A DNA stretch of 64,000 bases from an uncultured Hungatella sp. (GTDB taxonomy: Bacteria; Bacillota; Clostridia; Lachnospirales; Lachnospiraceae): NCBI GenBank assembly GCA_949879025.1, contig CATLBO010000001.1, positions 21,545 through 85,544 of the forward strand, written 5' to 3'. The first letter of the stretch is position 1; every line of letters starts with the position of its first letter. Below the pieces are notes generated by a model. The model saw only the letters and a list, made by a program, of their open reading frames with translations, had not been told where the DNA came from and ran no database searches. The position numbers and the translations under genes are program-made. Shown here one piece after another: positions 54,529 to 64,000 of the stretch.

Positions 54529-55539
54529 ATGAAACGGATTCTCCTTATTGCAACCGGCGGCACAATTGCTTCCAAGCGCAGCGCAGCCGGATTAAAGCCC
54601 TTGATTTCTTCTGAAGAGCTGCTGAACTATGTTCCGTCCGCCTCCCAGTTCTGCCAGACAGACGCCCTGCAGCTGTTCAACCTTGACAGCACCAACATAC
54701 AGCCGAAACACTGGCTTGCCATGGCTTTGGCAGTGGAAGAGCACTATACGGACTATGACGGGTTTGTGATCTGCCATGGCACGGATACCATGGCCTACAC
54801 CGCAGCGGCTCTGTCCTATCTGATTCAGAACTCGCCAAAACCAGTTGTTATAACCGGTTCTCAGAAGCCCATTGACATGGAAATTACAGATGCCAAGTCC
54901 AACCTTTTGGACAGCCTCTCCTTCGCATCCTGCGATTCCTCCCATGGAGTCAATATTGTCTTTGACGGCAAAGCAATTGCAGGGACAAGAGGAAAAAAAG
55001 AGCGCACCAAAAGCTATGATGCGTTTTCAAGTATTAACTTTCCTTATATTGCTGCTATTCAGGACAGCCAGATTCTGTTTTATCTCAATGACAAAAATCT
55101 GCTGTCAGCCCCTGTTAAATTTTATCATGATTTGAATCCCCGCATTGGGCTGCTGAAGCTGATTCCTTCCATGGATGCCACAGTTCTGGACTATATGGCA
55201 GAACATTATGATGCGGTTATTATTGAGTCCTTTGGGGTCGGAGGACTCCCAAACTATGATACCTGCGGATATTATTCGGTTGTGGAAAAATGGGTTAACT
55301 TGGGAAAAACCGTGGTCATGACCACCCAGGTCACCAACGAGGGCAGCAATATGTCCATTTATGAAGTGGGACGGAATATTAAATATGAATTTGGCCTTCT
55401 GGAGTCGTATGATATGACGCTGGAAGCTACCGTAACAAAACTGATGTGGATTTTGGGGCAGACAAAAGAGCGTGAGAAAGTGAAAGAATTATTCTACCAA
55501 ACGATTAACCGTGATATTCTGTGGAAAGTAATTCCATAG
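54529..55539 (+). CDS. ansA: L-asparaginase type I
   Basis: IATGGTIA, HGTDTMAY, TGSQKP, DAFSSIN; AAAGGAG RBS. Confidence 0.93.
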   Translation: MKRILLIATGGTIASKRSAAGLKPLISSEELLNYVPSASQFCQTDALQLFNLDSTNIQPKHWLAMALAVEEHYTDYDGFVICHGTDTMAYTAAALSYLIQNSPKPVVITGSQKPIDMEITDAKSNLLDSLSFASCDSSHGVNIVFDGKAIAGTRGKKERTKSYDAFSSINFPYIAAIQDSQILFYLNDKNLLSAPVKFYHDLNPRIGLLKLIPSMDATVLDYMAEHYDAVIIESFGVGGLPNYDTCGYYSVVEKWVNLGKTVVMTTQVTNEGSNMSIYEVGRNIKYEFGLLESYDMTLEATVTKLMWILGQTKEREKVKELFYQTINRDILWKVIP

Positions 55540-55585
55540 CCTTAAACACCTGCTGCCGCTTCGGTATGCGGCTCTCAAAGGCATT

Positions 55586-55622
55586 TGCCCCCATTCAGTC
55601 TTGTGCTGACTAAACGGGGGCA
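55586..55622. terminator. Probable terminator between convergent ansA and kinase genes
   Basis: TGCCCCC...AGTC/GACT...GGGGGCA imperfect hairpin. Confidence 0.55.
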
Positions 55623-55642
55623 GACACTTGGCACCACCGGTA

Positions 55643-57451
55643 TCAGGGCTTTTTCCCTCTTCTGTCAATCTGCCCTATCCTGGCGCCTACGCCGTCACTG
55701 GTATTTTCCAGCGTCAGGCTTAAGCTGTGAAGCTCCAGAATCTTCTTAGCCAGAAAAAGCCCCATCCCCATATGTCCATGATCCTTATTTCTGCTTTTAT
55801 CACCCATATAGAACATGTCAAAAGCATGATCCAGATCTTCCTGGCTCATAGGGCCTCCTGTATTCTCTACAGCGCAGTACCCCCGTCCTGTCCTAATCAT
55901 AATCCTGCCGCCGGGAACATTATAATCCACGCTGTTGCTCAGCAGGTTCCACACAGCACATGCCAAATATTCCCTGTCTCCGTTTACTGCAAAATCCTCC
56001 TGTCCCTGAAAATCCACCTGGATATTTTTCTCCCGTACCATGGGTTCAAATCTGGCCATCTGCTCTTTTGCCAGTTCTGAAAATGATACCATCTCTTTTT
56101 TCAGAATTGTCTCCTGGGAATCCAGCCTGGATATCTCAATCATCTTCACTACAAGCTGATCCATTTCCTCTGTCTGGCCGATAATATGAGCCAGGTAATA
56201 ATCCCTCTTCTCCTCCATGTTATGTTCTGCAAGATTCTCTGCAAAATTCCGGATAACTCCTAAAGGAGTCTTCAGCTCATGGGCCATGGCATTAATGAAA
56301 TCCCGCCGCATCTCCTCCAAAGCTGTCTGCGCATCATACGTTTCCCGAAATACTTGGACGATTTTCACTGCACATGTAAGGGTCAGCACAAGTCCTGCTG
56401 CATAAACATATTTCATGTAATCCAGAGCTGCCACCCAGGGACTGCTCTCCATACGCAGCTCCACATATACTGGAGCTTCCTCGGTTCCCACCTTTAGCTG
56501 ATACCGCCCTCTATAGTAAAATCCGTCATTGTCAATGATAATCGAAGGTTCATCAATGCCTTCTTCCCATGTAAAGTTCTGGTGTGCCGGAAAGCTGTGA
56601 AGGTACTGGCTCCTGCACCACGTCTCCCAGCTTTCAAAATCTCGCCAGGTTTCATATGAGGTCATATAAGGAAGCCTTAAGCTGGTATTCAAAACGGTGC
56701 CCTTTTCTAATTCTTCCTGGCTTACATTGGGATCTACCCATTGCCACACGATTTCACTGCCCGTCTGCTTAAAAGACCCTGTCACCGTCTCATCTCCCGT
56801 AGCATAATCGACATTTACCATCTCCATGCTGTTGACAGCCCCTGTCAGCGGGTCAGTATAATTTTCTCCATCCCACTCATCTTCCGGTATCCATATAAGC
56901 TTCTGTACATAGATCCCCCATAGTCTGCGTTCCTCTGGCGATGTCCGGACAGAAACCCGGTATTTCCCCGGTATGGCGGAGTCAATGGAGAAAGAATGGA
57001 TATTCTCCCACTGGTACCGTGCCAGCTGTTCCTTCTCCTGGGAAGAAAGATAGTCATCCAGAGCAAAAGATCTGTATCTTCTTACAGCCGTGTCCGCCTC
57101 ACAGATGGTGTTTCCGCCAATCTCATCCCTGGTCCAGGCTATCAGCGCTTCATCAGTTCCGTAAAACCCAATGGAAATCTGCAGCATCTCGTCATTTATT
57201 CTCCAAAGATATCCATTGGCCAGATCCTGGTAAAAGGCCTGCCTGTCCTCATCACTATCCCAGTCCTCTTCTTCCCCTTCTTTCTCATTAACCTGCCTGA
57301 CAATGTATACCGCAAACTCCCTGAACCTCTGGTCAAAGTCATCCGTAAACTTTGTCTTAACCAAAAATGTCGCCAATACCATGGTCAAAAGATACACGGC
57401 CCCGAATCCGGCTGTCACTGGTTTCCAAAAGATTTTCTTCTTTCTTTTCAT
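55643..57451 (-). CDS. Sensor histidine kinase with large extracytoplasmic domain
   Basis: Two TM helices ~310 aa apart, AHELKTPL, NLLSNSVDY, GMGLFL. Confidence 0.9.
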   Translation of the reverse strand: MKRKKKIFWKPVTAGFGAVYLLTMVLATFLVKTKFTDDFDQRFREFAVYIVRQVNEKEGEEEDWDSDEDRQAFYQDLANGYLWRINDEMLQISIGFYGTDEALIAWTRDEIGGNTICEADTAVRRYRSFALDDYLSSQEKEQLARYQWENIHSFSIDSAIPGKYRVSVRTSPEERRLWGIYVQKLIWIPEDEWDGENYTDPLTGAVNSMEMVNVDYATGDETVTGSFKQTGSEIVWQWVDPNVSQEELEKGTVLNTSLRLPYMTSYETWRDFESWETWCRSQYLHSFPAHQNFTWEEGIDEPSIIIDNDGFYYRGRYQLKVGTEEAPVYVELRMESSPWVAALDYMKYVYAAGLVLTLTCAVKIVQVFRETYDAQTALEEMRRDFINAMAHELKTPLGVIRNFAENLAEHNMEEKRDYYLAHIIGQTEEMDQLVVKMIEISRLDSQETILKKEMVSFSELAKEQMARFEPMVREKNIQVDFQGQEDFAVNGDREYLACAVWNLLSNSVDYNVPGGRIMIRTGRGYCAVENTGGPMSQEDLDHAFDMFYMGDKSRNKDHGHMGMGLFLAKKILELHSLSLTLENTSDGVGARIGQIDRRGKKP

Positions 57452-58116
57452 CTTTCCACCTCCAGCCGATAACCGGATTTGCGCACAGTCTCAATCACGC
57501 ATCCGCAAGAGCCCATGACTTTTCTAAGCTTTTTGATGTGATTGTCAACCACTCTTTCATTTCCATCAAAATCATAGCCCCAGAAGCGGATCAGAAGCTG
57601 CTCCCGGCTGAATATGCGCCCTGGATTCTCCATGAAAAAGACAAGCATGTCATATTCTTTCGGCGGCAGGGAAAGAAGCTTCCCATGGCTCCACACTTTA
57701 TGGCCCTTTCTGTCCGCCTTCAGGCTGCCGGCCTCCAGAAATATCTGGCTTCCCTGGATTCTTCCAGTCAGAGCCATGGCCTTTGCATACAGCACCGGAA
57801 GAGAAAACGGCTTGGTTACATAGTCGTCAGCCCCCAGAGAATACCCGTTAAGCTTATCCTCCTCCATAACCCGGGCAGTGATGAAAATAACAGGTACATC
57901 ACTGATTTTGCGGATTTCCCGGCATAAGGAAAACCCGTCGGTGCCGGGAAGCATTACGTCCAGCAGTATCAGGTTAAAGTTTTTCTGTCTCAGCAGATCC
58001 AAAACCTGAAATCCTTCTTCCTGCGTTTCTGCCACCCATCCTTTGCCGGTAAAATAATCAGCGGCAGCTTCCGCTATCAGACGGTCATCTTCCACAATCA
58101 GCAGTCTCAGTTCCAT
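57448..58116 (-). CDS. OmpR-family response regulator
   Basis: IVEDD, LLDVMLP, GADDYVTKPF, VDNHIKKLRK, TVRKSGY. Confidence 0.92.
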   Translation of the reverse strand: MELRLLIVEDDRLIAEAAADYFTGKGWVAETQEEGFQVLDLLRQKNFNLILLDVMLPGTDGFSLCREIRKISDVPVIFITARVMEEDKLNGYSLGADDYVTKPFSLPVLYAKAMALTGRIQGSQIFLEAGSLKADRKGHKVWSHGKLLSLPPKEYDMLVFFMENPGRIFSREQLLIRFWGYDFDGNERVVDNHIKKLRKVMGSCGCVIETVRKSGYRLEVER

Positions 58117-58195
58117 TTGCGTTCTCCGTTATCGGTCTTTTTGATGGCTTTACTTTACCATTCCAGTTTATCCTTTCTGTATCCTTTTTTATAAA

Positions 58196-61100
58196 CTATT
58201 TTAATATCTCCCTCAATACTTCCATGACTCTGTGAATATCAATAGGCTTTGCTATATGGCCGTTCATTCCCGAATCAAATGCCGCCTTTCTGTCCTCTTC
58301 AAAGGCATTTGCAGTCATTGCAACAATAGGGATATTTGCAGCGTCAGGATTGCTTAATGCTCTTATGTGCCTCGTAGCCTCATACCCGTTCATAATCGGC
58401 ATCTGAATATCCATTAAAATCAGGTCAAACTGCCCAGGTTTAAACGCCTTCATCTTATCCACTGCCACCGCTCCGTCATCAGCCACGTCAACAGAAAAGC
58501 CCTCTTCCTGCAGAATCTCCACAGCGATCTCCTGATTCAGCTCATTGTCCTCTACCAGAAGGATCTTCTTTCCTTTAAAAAGGGACTCCTGTTCCGAAAC
58601 GGCATCGGTTATATCTTCATGTAAAAACGGCGACTCCAGTATTTCTCTCAGCTCTGACAGAAAGATCGGTTTTGAGCAGAAAGCCGTAACCCCTGCCTCT
58701 CTGGCCTCCGTTTCAATGTCTGACCAGTCATAGGCAGTCAGGATAATGATGGGCGTTTCCTCTCTGATCAGGCTGCGGATGCGTCTTACTACCTCAATGC
58801 CGTTCATATCAGGCATCATCCAGTCTATAATATAGGCTGCATACGTATCGCCCTGATCCTCTGCCAGCTGGACCCGGAGAACCGCTTCTTTCCCGGAAGT
58901 TGTCCAATCTGGTCTCATGCCTATGGTAGAAAGCATTTTTGTAACGCTGGAACAGGTATTAAAATCATCATCAGCCACAAGGGCCCTTAAGCCCTTCAGC
59001 TGCGGTATAATTTCCTGCCTTACCTGGCCGGAACACGTTTTAAATTTCAGCTGTACTGTAAATGTCGTGCCTTTTCCTTCCTCACTGGCAACGGATATGG
59101 TGCCGCCCATCATATCCACTATATTTTTTGTAATCGCCATTCCAAGTCCGGTTCCCTGAATTCCGCTGACCGTGCTGGTCTGCTCCCGTTCAAATGGCTC
59201 AAAAACGTGTTCTTGGAATTCCCTCCCCATTCCGATTCCTGTGTCTTTTACCTGAAACTCATAGGCAGCCCAGCCTTCTGGCGCCTCTCCCCTCTGCAGC
59301 ACACGAACGCTGACAATTCCGCCTGGCTTTGTAAACTTCATGGCATTGCTTAAAAGATTAAGAAGAATCTGGTTCAGCCTCAGCTTATCGCACAAAATGT
59401 TCTCATTAACCACATCAGCCGTATCAATGTAAAAATCCAGCTGTTTTGATGTGATATCCGCCTGGACAATGGTCTTTATATCATGCATGGCCTCCGGAAG
59501 GGAAGTCTCCTTTTCCTCAATACTGACTTTTCCGCTTTCAATCCGGCTCATGTCAAGGACATCATTGATCAGACTCAGCAAGTGATTGCTGGACGTGGCG
59601 ATTTTTGACAGATAATCCTGAACCCGCTCCGTGTCCGTAATATGGGCGGCTGCCAGAGAAGTAAATCCTATAATGGCATTCATAGGCGTTCGGATATCAT
59701 GTGACATGTTGTTGAGGAATACGGTCTTTGCCCTGTTTGCGTGCTGAGCAGCTGCCAATGCGTCCTGAAGGTCAATCTTCTGTCTGTCCAGCTGCTCCTG
59801 CATCTTCTTCTCATCGTCAATATCAACAAAAAGCCCTACAAACGTAATAGGAGAACCGTCCTCCCGCCTGGACAGCCGTCCTGCTGCATGGAACCATCTC
59901 CATCCGGCATTCTTGGTCATAAGACGGTATCTTACATCATAAGTCCTTTTTCCGCTGTAGTCATTTACAGTATCCCAATAGTCCTGCATGATCCGCTCTT
60001 TGTCTTCATCATGCAGCAAGTCTGACCAGGATTCCAGCTTATCAGGAAAGTCCTCTTTGTCTTTGTATCCCAGCATTTTCCGGAAATCATCTGTCCATGT
60101 ACAGGAAACCATGTTTGCATTCTCGTCAAATTCCATGCTCCACAGGCCGGATCCCATGGCGGCATGAATATTTTCCATAGCTTTCTGCTCCCTTTCAATC
60201 TGGATAAGGGCCGCCCTAAGCCTGTCGCTGTCCGCTTTTTCCTGTTCTAAAAGAATTCTGGCTCCTTTTCTGGACTGATGCAAAAGCACCAGGCATACAC
60301 CATGCATGGCAATTACCGTGATGGCAATCTGAATCGCACTGCGCTTTATCATCGCTGAACTGATGGAACTGATTTGGTCGCTGATTACATTGCTCCTGAC
60401 CAGAACCGTCAGCATCCAGTTGGTGCCTTCCACCGGCATATAGCAGAGATCATCCTGGTTTTTTTGGTAAATAAAAGATATATGCCCCATCCTGCCCTCT
60501 GCAAAATCTTTTTCCAGCTGTTCATAGCTGAATCCCTCATTGATATCCGCATCTGCAATCGCTGAAAGAAGATTGTTTCCTGCCATGAGGCATCCGAATT
60601 CGTTGTTTGTCAGGCTTTCGCCGTTTCGGTAGTACAGGCTCCAGTAGGTTTCGCTTTCATTTGTCTGGAATGTCAGAGAGCTTAACATCTCATTTATATT
60701 TATCTCAATAAAGCATGCACAGATCTGCAGCCCCTGAAAATAAATATCTTCCACAGGAATTGCAAGAATCACCTGTTTCTTCGCTCCATAAAGATTGGAA
60801 ATGCTGATAACTGGATCTTTAAGTTTTTCAGAAAGAAACCCGTATCTGGTAAGGCCGGTTGTTGTGCTGTGTTCTGTATAGACGGTTCCGTTTTCGTCTG
60901 CCAGGGCAAATTTATCCACTCCATAAAGCCTTTTTATCTTTCCAAGATATCTGCGCAGCGCCTCCTGAGATTCCAGATCTGCATCCTCCAGAATGCTGAT
61001 GGCATCTGCCATATGTGCGAAGTCGCTGTCCAGTTCTGCAGAAACGTCCTGGGCCCGGCGGCCTGCCAGTTCTTCCAGATAAAATTTGCTGACCCTTTTT

Positions 61101-61252
61101 ACTGCCTGCTGGGTACTAGACTGCGCCCGCTTCAGCACCCAGATTGTCGTAAGCAGAAGAATGGCGGCAATAATGACTCCTCCCCAAATAACGGAAATGA
61201 CTGTTTCTTTTTTTTGCTTTTTACTGATACCCTTCGATTTCGTCCGCTCCAT
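58196..61252 (-). CDS. Hybrid sensor kinase (Cache-PAS-HisKA-HATPase-REC-REC)
   Basis: TM-flanked sensor domain, PAS_3 (WSDLLHDED, YRLMTK..WRW), MSHDIRTPMN, GTGLGMAI, two receiver domains (DWMMP, DIQMP). Confidence 0.92.
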   Translation of the reverse strand: MERTKSKGISKKQKKETVISVIWGGVIIAAILLLTTIWVLKRAQSSTQQAVKRVSKFYLEELAGRRAQDVSAELDSDFAHMADAISILEDADLESQEALRRYLGKIKRLYGVDKFALADENGTVYTEHSTTTGLTRYGFLSEKLKDPVISISNLYGAKKQVILAIPVEDIYFQGLQICACFIEININEMLSSLTFQTNESETYWSLYYRNGESLTNNEFGCLMAGNNLLSAIADADINEGFSYEQLEKDFAEGRMGHISFIYQKNQDDLCYMPVEGTNWMLTVLVRSNVISDQISSISSAMIKRSAIQIAITVIAMHGVCLVLLHQSRKGARILLEQEKADSDRLRAALIQIEREQKAMENIHAAMGSGLWSMEFDENANMVSCTWTDDFRKMLGYKDKEDFPDKLESWSDLLHDEDKERIMQDYWDTVNDYSGKRTYDVRYRLMTKNAGWRWFHAAGRLSRREDGSPITFVGLFVDIDDEKKMQEQLDRQKIDLQDALAAAQHANRAKTVFLNNMSHDIRTPMNAIIGFTSLAAAHITDTERVQDYLSKIATSSNHLLSLINDVLDMSRIESGKVSIEEKETSLPEAMHDIKTIVQADITSKQLDFYIDTADVVNENILCDKLRLNQILLNLLSNAMKFTKPGGIVSVRVLQRGEAPEGWAAYEFQVKDTGIGMGREFQEHVFEPFEREQTSTVSGIQGTGLGMAITKNIVDMMGGTISVASEEGKGTTFTVQLKFKTCSGQVRQEIIPQLKGLRALVADDDFNTCSSVTKMLSTIGMRPDWTTSGKEAVLRVQLAEDQGDTYAAYIIDWMMPDMNGIEVVRRIRSLIREETPIIILTAYDWSDIETEAREAGVTAFCSKPIFLSELREILESPFLHEDITDAVSEQESLFKGKKILLVEDNELNQEIAVEILQEEGFSVDVADDGAVAVDKMKAFKPGQFDLILMDIQMPIMNGYEATRHIRALSNPDAANIPIVAMTANAFEEDRKAAFDSGMNGHIAKPIDIHRVMEVLREILK

Positions 61253-61270
61253 CTTCTGCTCCCGTCATCC

Positions 61271-62398
61271 TTAATCCATTTCTCCATACAATAACCCAAG
61301 CAGCGCTGCTGCCTGATTCTGGTATACCACCGTGGTTTTTTCCTCTGTCTTTTCAGGATAAAGTTCTCCTGGCATCTGTCCGTCGGCAATTTTAACGGCC
61401 ACCTGAACCGTGTCAAAACCAATGGAAAAGCAGTCCTGAACCCCCAGTGCATAGATGATTCCGTCCCTCAGGTACTCCAGCGCCTCCTGGTCATGATCCA
61501 TTCCCACTATCACGGTTTCCTCCTGCCGTCCGGCTTCCACAACTGCTCTGGCCGCACCGACAGGATTGCTCATATTACAGCAGACAATTCCTGCAAGGTC
61601 TTCCTGATGTCTGAAAAATTCTTTTGTAAGTTCATAAGCCTTTTCCACCGAATCCCCGTCATAGGCAATCTCCGTAATCTTCATCTGAGGATACTTTTCA
61701 ATTACCGCCTGCACGCCAAGGGCCCTTTCCTCGTGGCAGGGAACCCCCTTTGCCCCCACCAGAACAGCCACATTACCTTTATAATCCAGCTTCTTGCAGA
61801 GTGCTTCCGTAAGGCTGGCTCCGTCTTCATAATTATGGGTATTCCCTACATAGGCAATACGCCTGCATCCGTCTTCTCTGTCAGCATCGGAACTTGAAAA
61901 CGTCATAACCTTATGGCCTTTTTCTATCAGTTCATTGATTGCAGGCGTAACAGCGTCTACATCCGCCACATCTACGCCGATGACATCAAAGCCTCTCTCA
62001 GAAGCATCCTGGATACGCCTGATCTGATCCTGGGCAGATACATCAGCCGGGGCCAGATATTCATAATTTACAATAATCCCCATATCCTCATATTGTCTTG
62101 CTGCGTCTTCCATCCCCAGCCCGACAGCATCCCACCAGGCATGCACTAATTTATATGTAAAATAGAAATTATATTCTTTCTTTAAGGGTTTATATCCGTC
62201 CAGTTCGTGGTTAAACTCAACGGCATCTATCAAATCCCCGCCGCTTCTGTCTTGTGGGTTTTCCCATATCTGTTCACTGCCGGACGAAGGCAGCGCATAT
62301 CCGCCGCTCTCACCGGCGCATCCCGTCAACCTCAGAATGATTCCAGAAAAAGCTGCCGTCAATACTATATAATTAAGAATCCTGTTTTTCTTAAACAC
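61271..62398 (-). CDS. Sugar-binding lipoprotein (RbsB/LacI-type periplasmic binding fold)
   Basis: LTGC lipobox, WWDAVGLGMEDAA, AYVGN, IVGMD, LGVQD; GTG start after a GGGGAA RBS. Confidence 0.85.
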   Translation of the reverse strand: MFKKNRILNYIVLTAAFSGIILRLTGCAGESGGYALPSSGSEQIWENPQDRSGGDLIDAVEFNHELDGYKPLKKEYNFYFTYKLVHAWWDAVGLGMEDAARQYEDMGIIVNYEYLAPADVSAQDQIRRIQDASERGFDVIGVDVADVDAVTPAINELIEKGHKVMTFSSSDADREDGCRRIAYVGNTHNYEDGASLTEALCKKLDYKGNVAVLVGAKGVPCHEERALGVQAVIEKYPQMKITEIAYDGDSVEKAYELTKEFFRHQEDLAGIVCCNMSNPVGAARAVVEAGRQEETVIVGMDHDQEALEYLRDGIIYALGVQDCFSIGFDTVQVAVKIADGQMPGELYPEKTEEKTTVVYQNQAAALLGLLYGEMD

Positions 62399-62500
62399 AG
62401 CTGCGTATTCCCCTTTTCCGTTATTTCTTTCATAATTTCATTGTAAAGCATTCCGCCCCATTCTTCAACCCCGGCTCATAATAAACTTAAGAAAACAGCA

Positions 62501-62540
62501 AATGCCAGAATCCCCTGATTAATCAAGGTATTCCGGCATT
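62501..62540 (-). terminator. Hairpin downstream of the GH-like gene
   Basis: AATGCC.GAAT.CC.TGATT / AATCA.GG.ATTC.GGCATT imperfect palindrome, followed on the minus strand by TGCTGTTTT. Confidence 0.6.
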
Positions 62541-62562
62541 CCTCCCAGCTGCCGCATCCGTT

Positions 62563-63999
62563 TTATTCATTCAGCATCCGATTCAGCTCCCGAATTCCAT
62601 CCAGGCACGGCAGCTGGTTTCCGTCTAAATCATGAAGCTGCCCGTCCTGAACAAAATTATACACGCTGATATTATCCAAATACACCTCACCAGCTGTGCG
62701 AAAACGTATCTGCTCATAATCAAAACAGCCAAAATTCAAATCATACTGTTTTTTGCCGTCTACTGTAACTTCTTTTGTCTTGGACCCCAGAATCACGGTC
62801 AGCTTCACTGGCCTGTCGCTGTCTGCCATAAAACGCACATGGTTTTCAAATTGTCCTTTTGACGCAATCCGTCCCCCAATGTTCTGAGAAAGGCTGCCTC
62901 CTTTTTGAATCCGTGCCTGATTGCTGTCATCCCGCCGCACAAACGTTACTCTGTTGGTATCCCAGCCTCGGCCTTCCAGTGCAAACTGACTGTTAAAGAC
63001 GCCGTTATTGGCATAGTTGCGGTATGTCCAGACAGCATATCCATTGGTATAGTTCCGCAAAATTCCGGGAATTCCGGTGAGAAAAGCATTTCTCTCCTCC
63101 TCCAGAAGCTGCGCATTCTGTTCAAACCCAGGCGTCATATCCATATACAAAAGCTGATCAATATAAATTGGCTTTCCTTCATTGTAAGCTTTTACTAAAT
63201 TAAGCTGTTGTTCCATCATGGCCACCGCCTCTGCTGCTGTAAGCTGACGTTCAAAGGCCTGGCCCATGGACACGCTGTACATCAGCGCCGTATAGGAAGA
63301 TTCCCCGCAGGGGAATGTGGAATAATGGGCGGCTCCCACTTTTTCCCCGTCTATATCCTGCACCGGGTCCACATCCAGCCGCACCTCCATAGACAAATCC
63401 GGAAATACCTGCTGGGTTTCTATAAGCAGCTGATTCAAGAAATTATCATAAAATTCAAAAAACAGTTTATATGCCGGGCTGTCCCGTTTGGGAATGCCAA
63501 TCTGTTCAAAGCTGTCAAAGGGAGCTGCAGGGCCATAATATTCGTTTACTTGTTCCAGAGTGTAATTGTCCTCCAGATATTTTTGAAAACCGATCCGTTT
63601 TGCCTCTTGTACTCCCGCTTTACTGGAGCCATACTGTCCCGGAGCATCTTCCACATAATTCCAAAAATCTTCCCATGTAATAAATCCTCCGTGAAAGTTT
63701 TCATATCCTGATACGGACTCATACAGCTTCTGTACATACTTCAGCCATGCAGACCGCATCGTTTCGTCCCCCAGCAGCTTTTTGTACCGATTCTGAGGCG
63801 ACTCTCCCGGGTAATAATCCCAAGTATATCCTACTCTCAGGCTTACCCACAGCCCTTGCTCCCCGGCCGCCCTCATAATCCGATCCAGCTTGGCAAAGGT
63901 ATAATCGCTGTATTGTATGGGATTGGCGGACGGCTGGAACTCCCGCCATGGAACTGCCAGAATAATGCTGTTAAAGCCGTCTGCAGCAATCTGTGCAAA
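62563..63999 (-). CDS. Glycoside hydrolase clan A-like TIM-barrel protein (5' end outside window)
   Basis: Frame open to the window edge: FAQIAADGFNSIILAVPWREFQP...KLDRIMRAAGEQGLWVSLR, a GH5/GH35/GH42-like start; C-terminal CBM-like NSQF...GW segment. Confidence 0.7.
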   Translation of the reverse strand, partial: FAQIAADGFNSIILAVPWREFQPSANPIQYSDYTFAKLDRIMRAAGEQGLWVSLRVGYTWDYYPGESPQNRYKKLLGDETMRSAWLKYVQKLYESVSGYENFHGGFITWEDFWNYVEDAPGQYGSSKAGVQEAKRIGFQKYLEDNYTLEQVNEYYGPAAPFDSFEQIGIPKRDSPAYKLFFEFYDNFLNQLLIETQQVFPDLSMEVRLDVDPVQDIDGEKVGAAHYSTFPCGESSYTALMYSVSMGQAFERQLTAAEAVAMMEQQLNLVKAYNEGKPIYIDQLLYMDMTPGFEQNAQLLEEERNAFLTGIPGILRNYTNGYAVWTYRNYANNGVFNSQFALEGRGWDTNRVTFVRRDDSNQARIQKGGSLSQNIGGRIASKGQFENHVRFMADSDRPVKLTVILGSKTKEVTVDGKKQYDLNFGCFDYEQIRFRTAGEVYLDNISVYNFVQDGQLHDLDGNQLPCLDGIRELNRMLNE

Positions 64000-64000
64000 C

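Overview
A 64-kb chromosomal window from a Gram-positive anaerobe. Gene content and AGGAGG ribosome-binding sites suggest Lachnospiraceae/Clostridia (inferred, not database-checked). Most genes lie on the minus strand. In order: (1) an ~11-kb sugar-acid catabolic locus (Fru-family PTS IIB/IIC/IIA, PRD regulator, class II aldolase, IolC kinase, aldo/keto reductase, two metal-dependent alcohol dehydrogenases, RpiB/DhuI-type isomerase, KduD-type SDR); (2) housekeeping and transport genes (TPR-DUF4261, BCCT, ABC-F, HIT, pyrC, ThrE pair, XRE); (3) a ~13-kb cell-surface glycan locus combining a GDP-heptose pathway (hddC-hddA-gmhB-gmhA), a CDP-3,6-dideoxyhexose branch (rfbFGH), LicD, two GT2 enzymes and two polytopic membrane proteins; (4) a ~10.5-kb tightly coupled cluster of an OmpR-type two-component system, ABC module and SPFH/zinc-ribbon/TPM (YdjGHI-like) genes; (5) ppx-ppk1, DUF815 ATPase, pheA, plsC, cls, ansA; (6) a sugar-binding protein, hybrid kinase and second two-component system, then a partial clan GH-A-like gene. 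No rRNA, tRNA, CRISPR array, transposase or phage gene was seen. The most striking non-coding signals are two dispersed repeat families. One is a ~157-bp hairpin element present twice (27639-27795, 44717-44872), with eight compensatory base-pair changes between copies and conserved tandem G.A internal loops, plus an inverted hairpin-less mini copy. The other is a ~109-bp TTAC-led two-hairpin element present three times, one copy apparently having replaced the 3' end of a gene.
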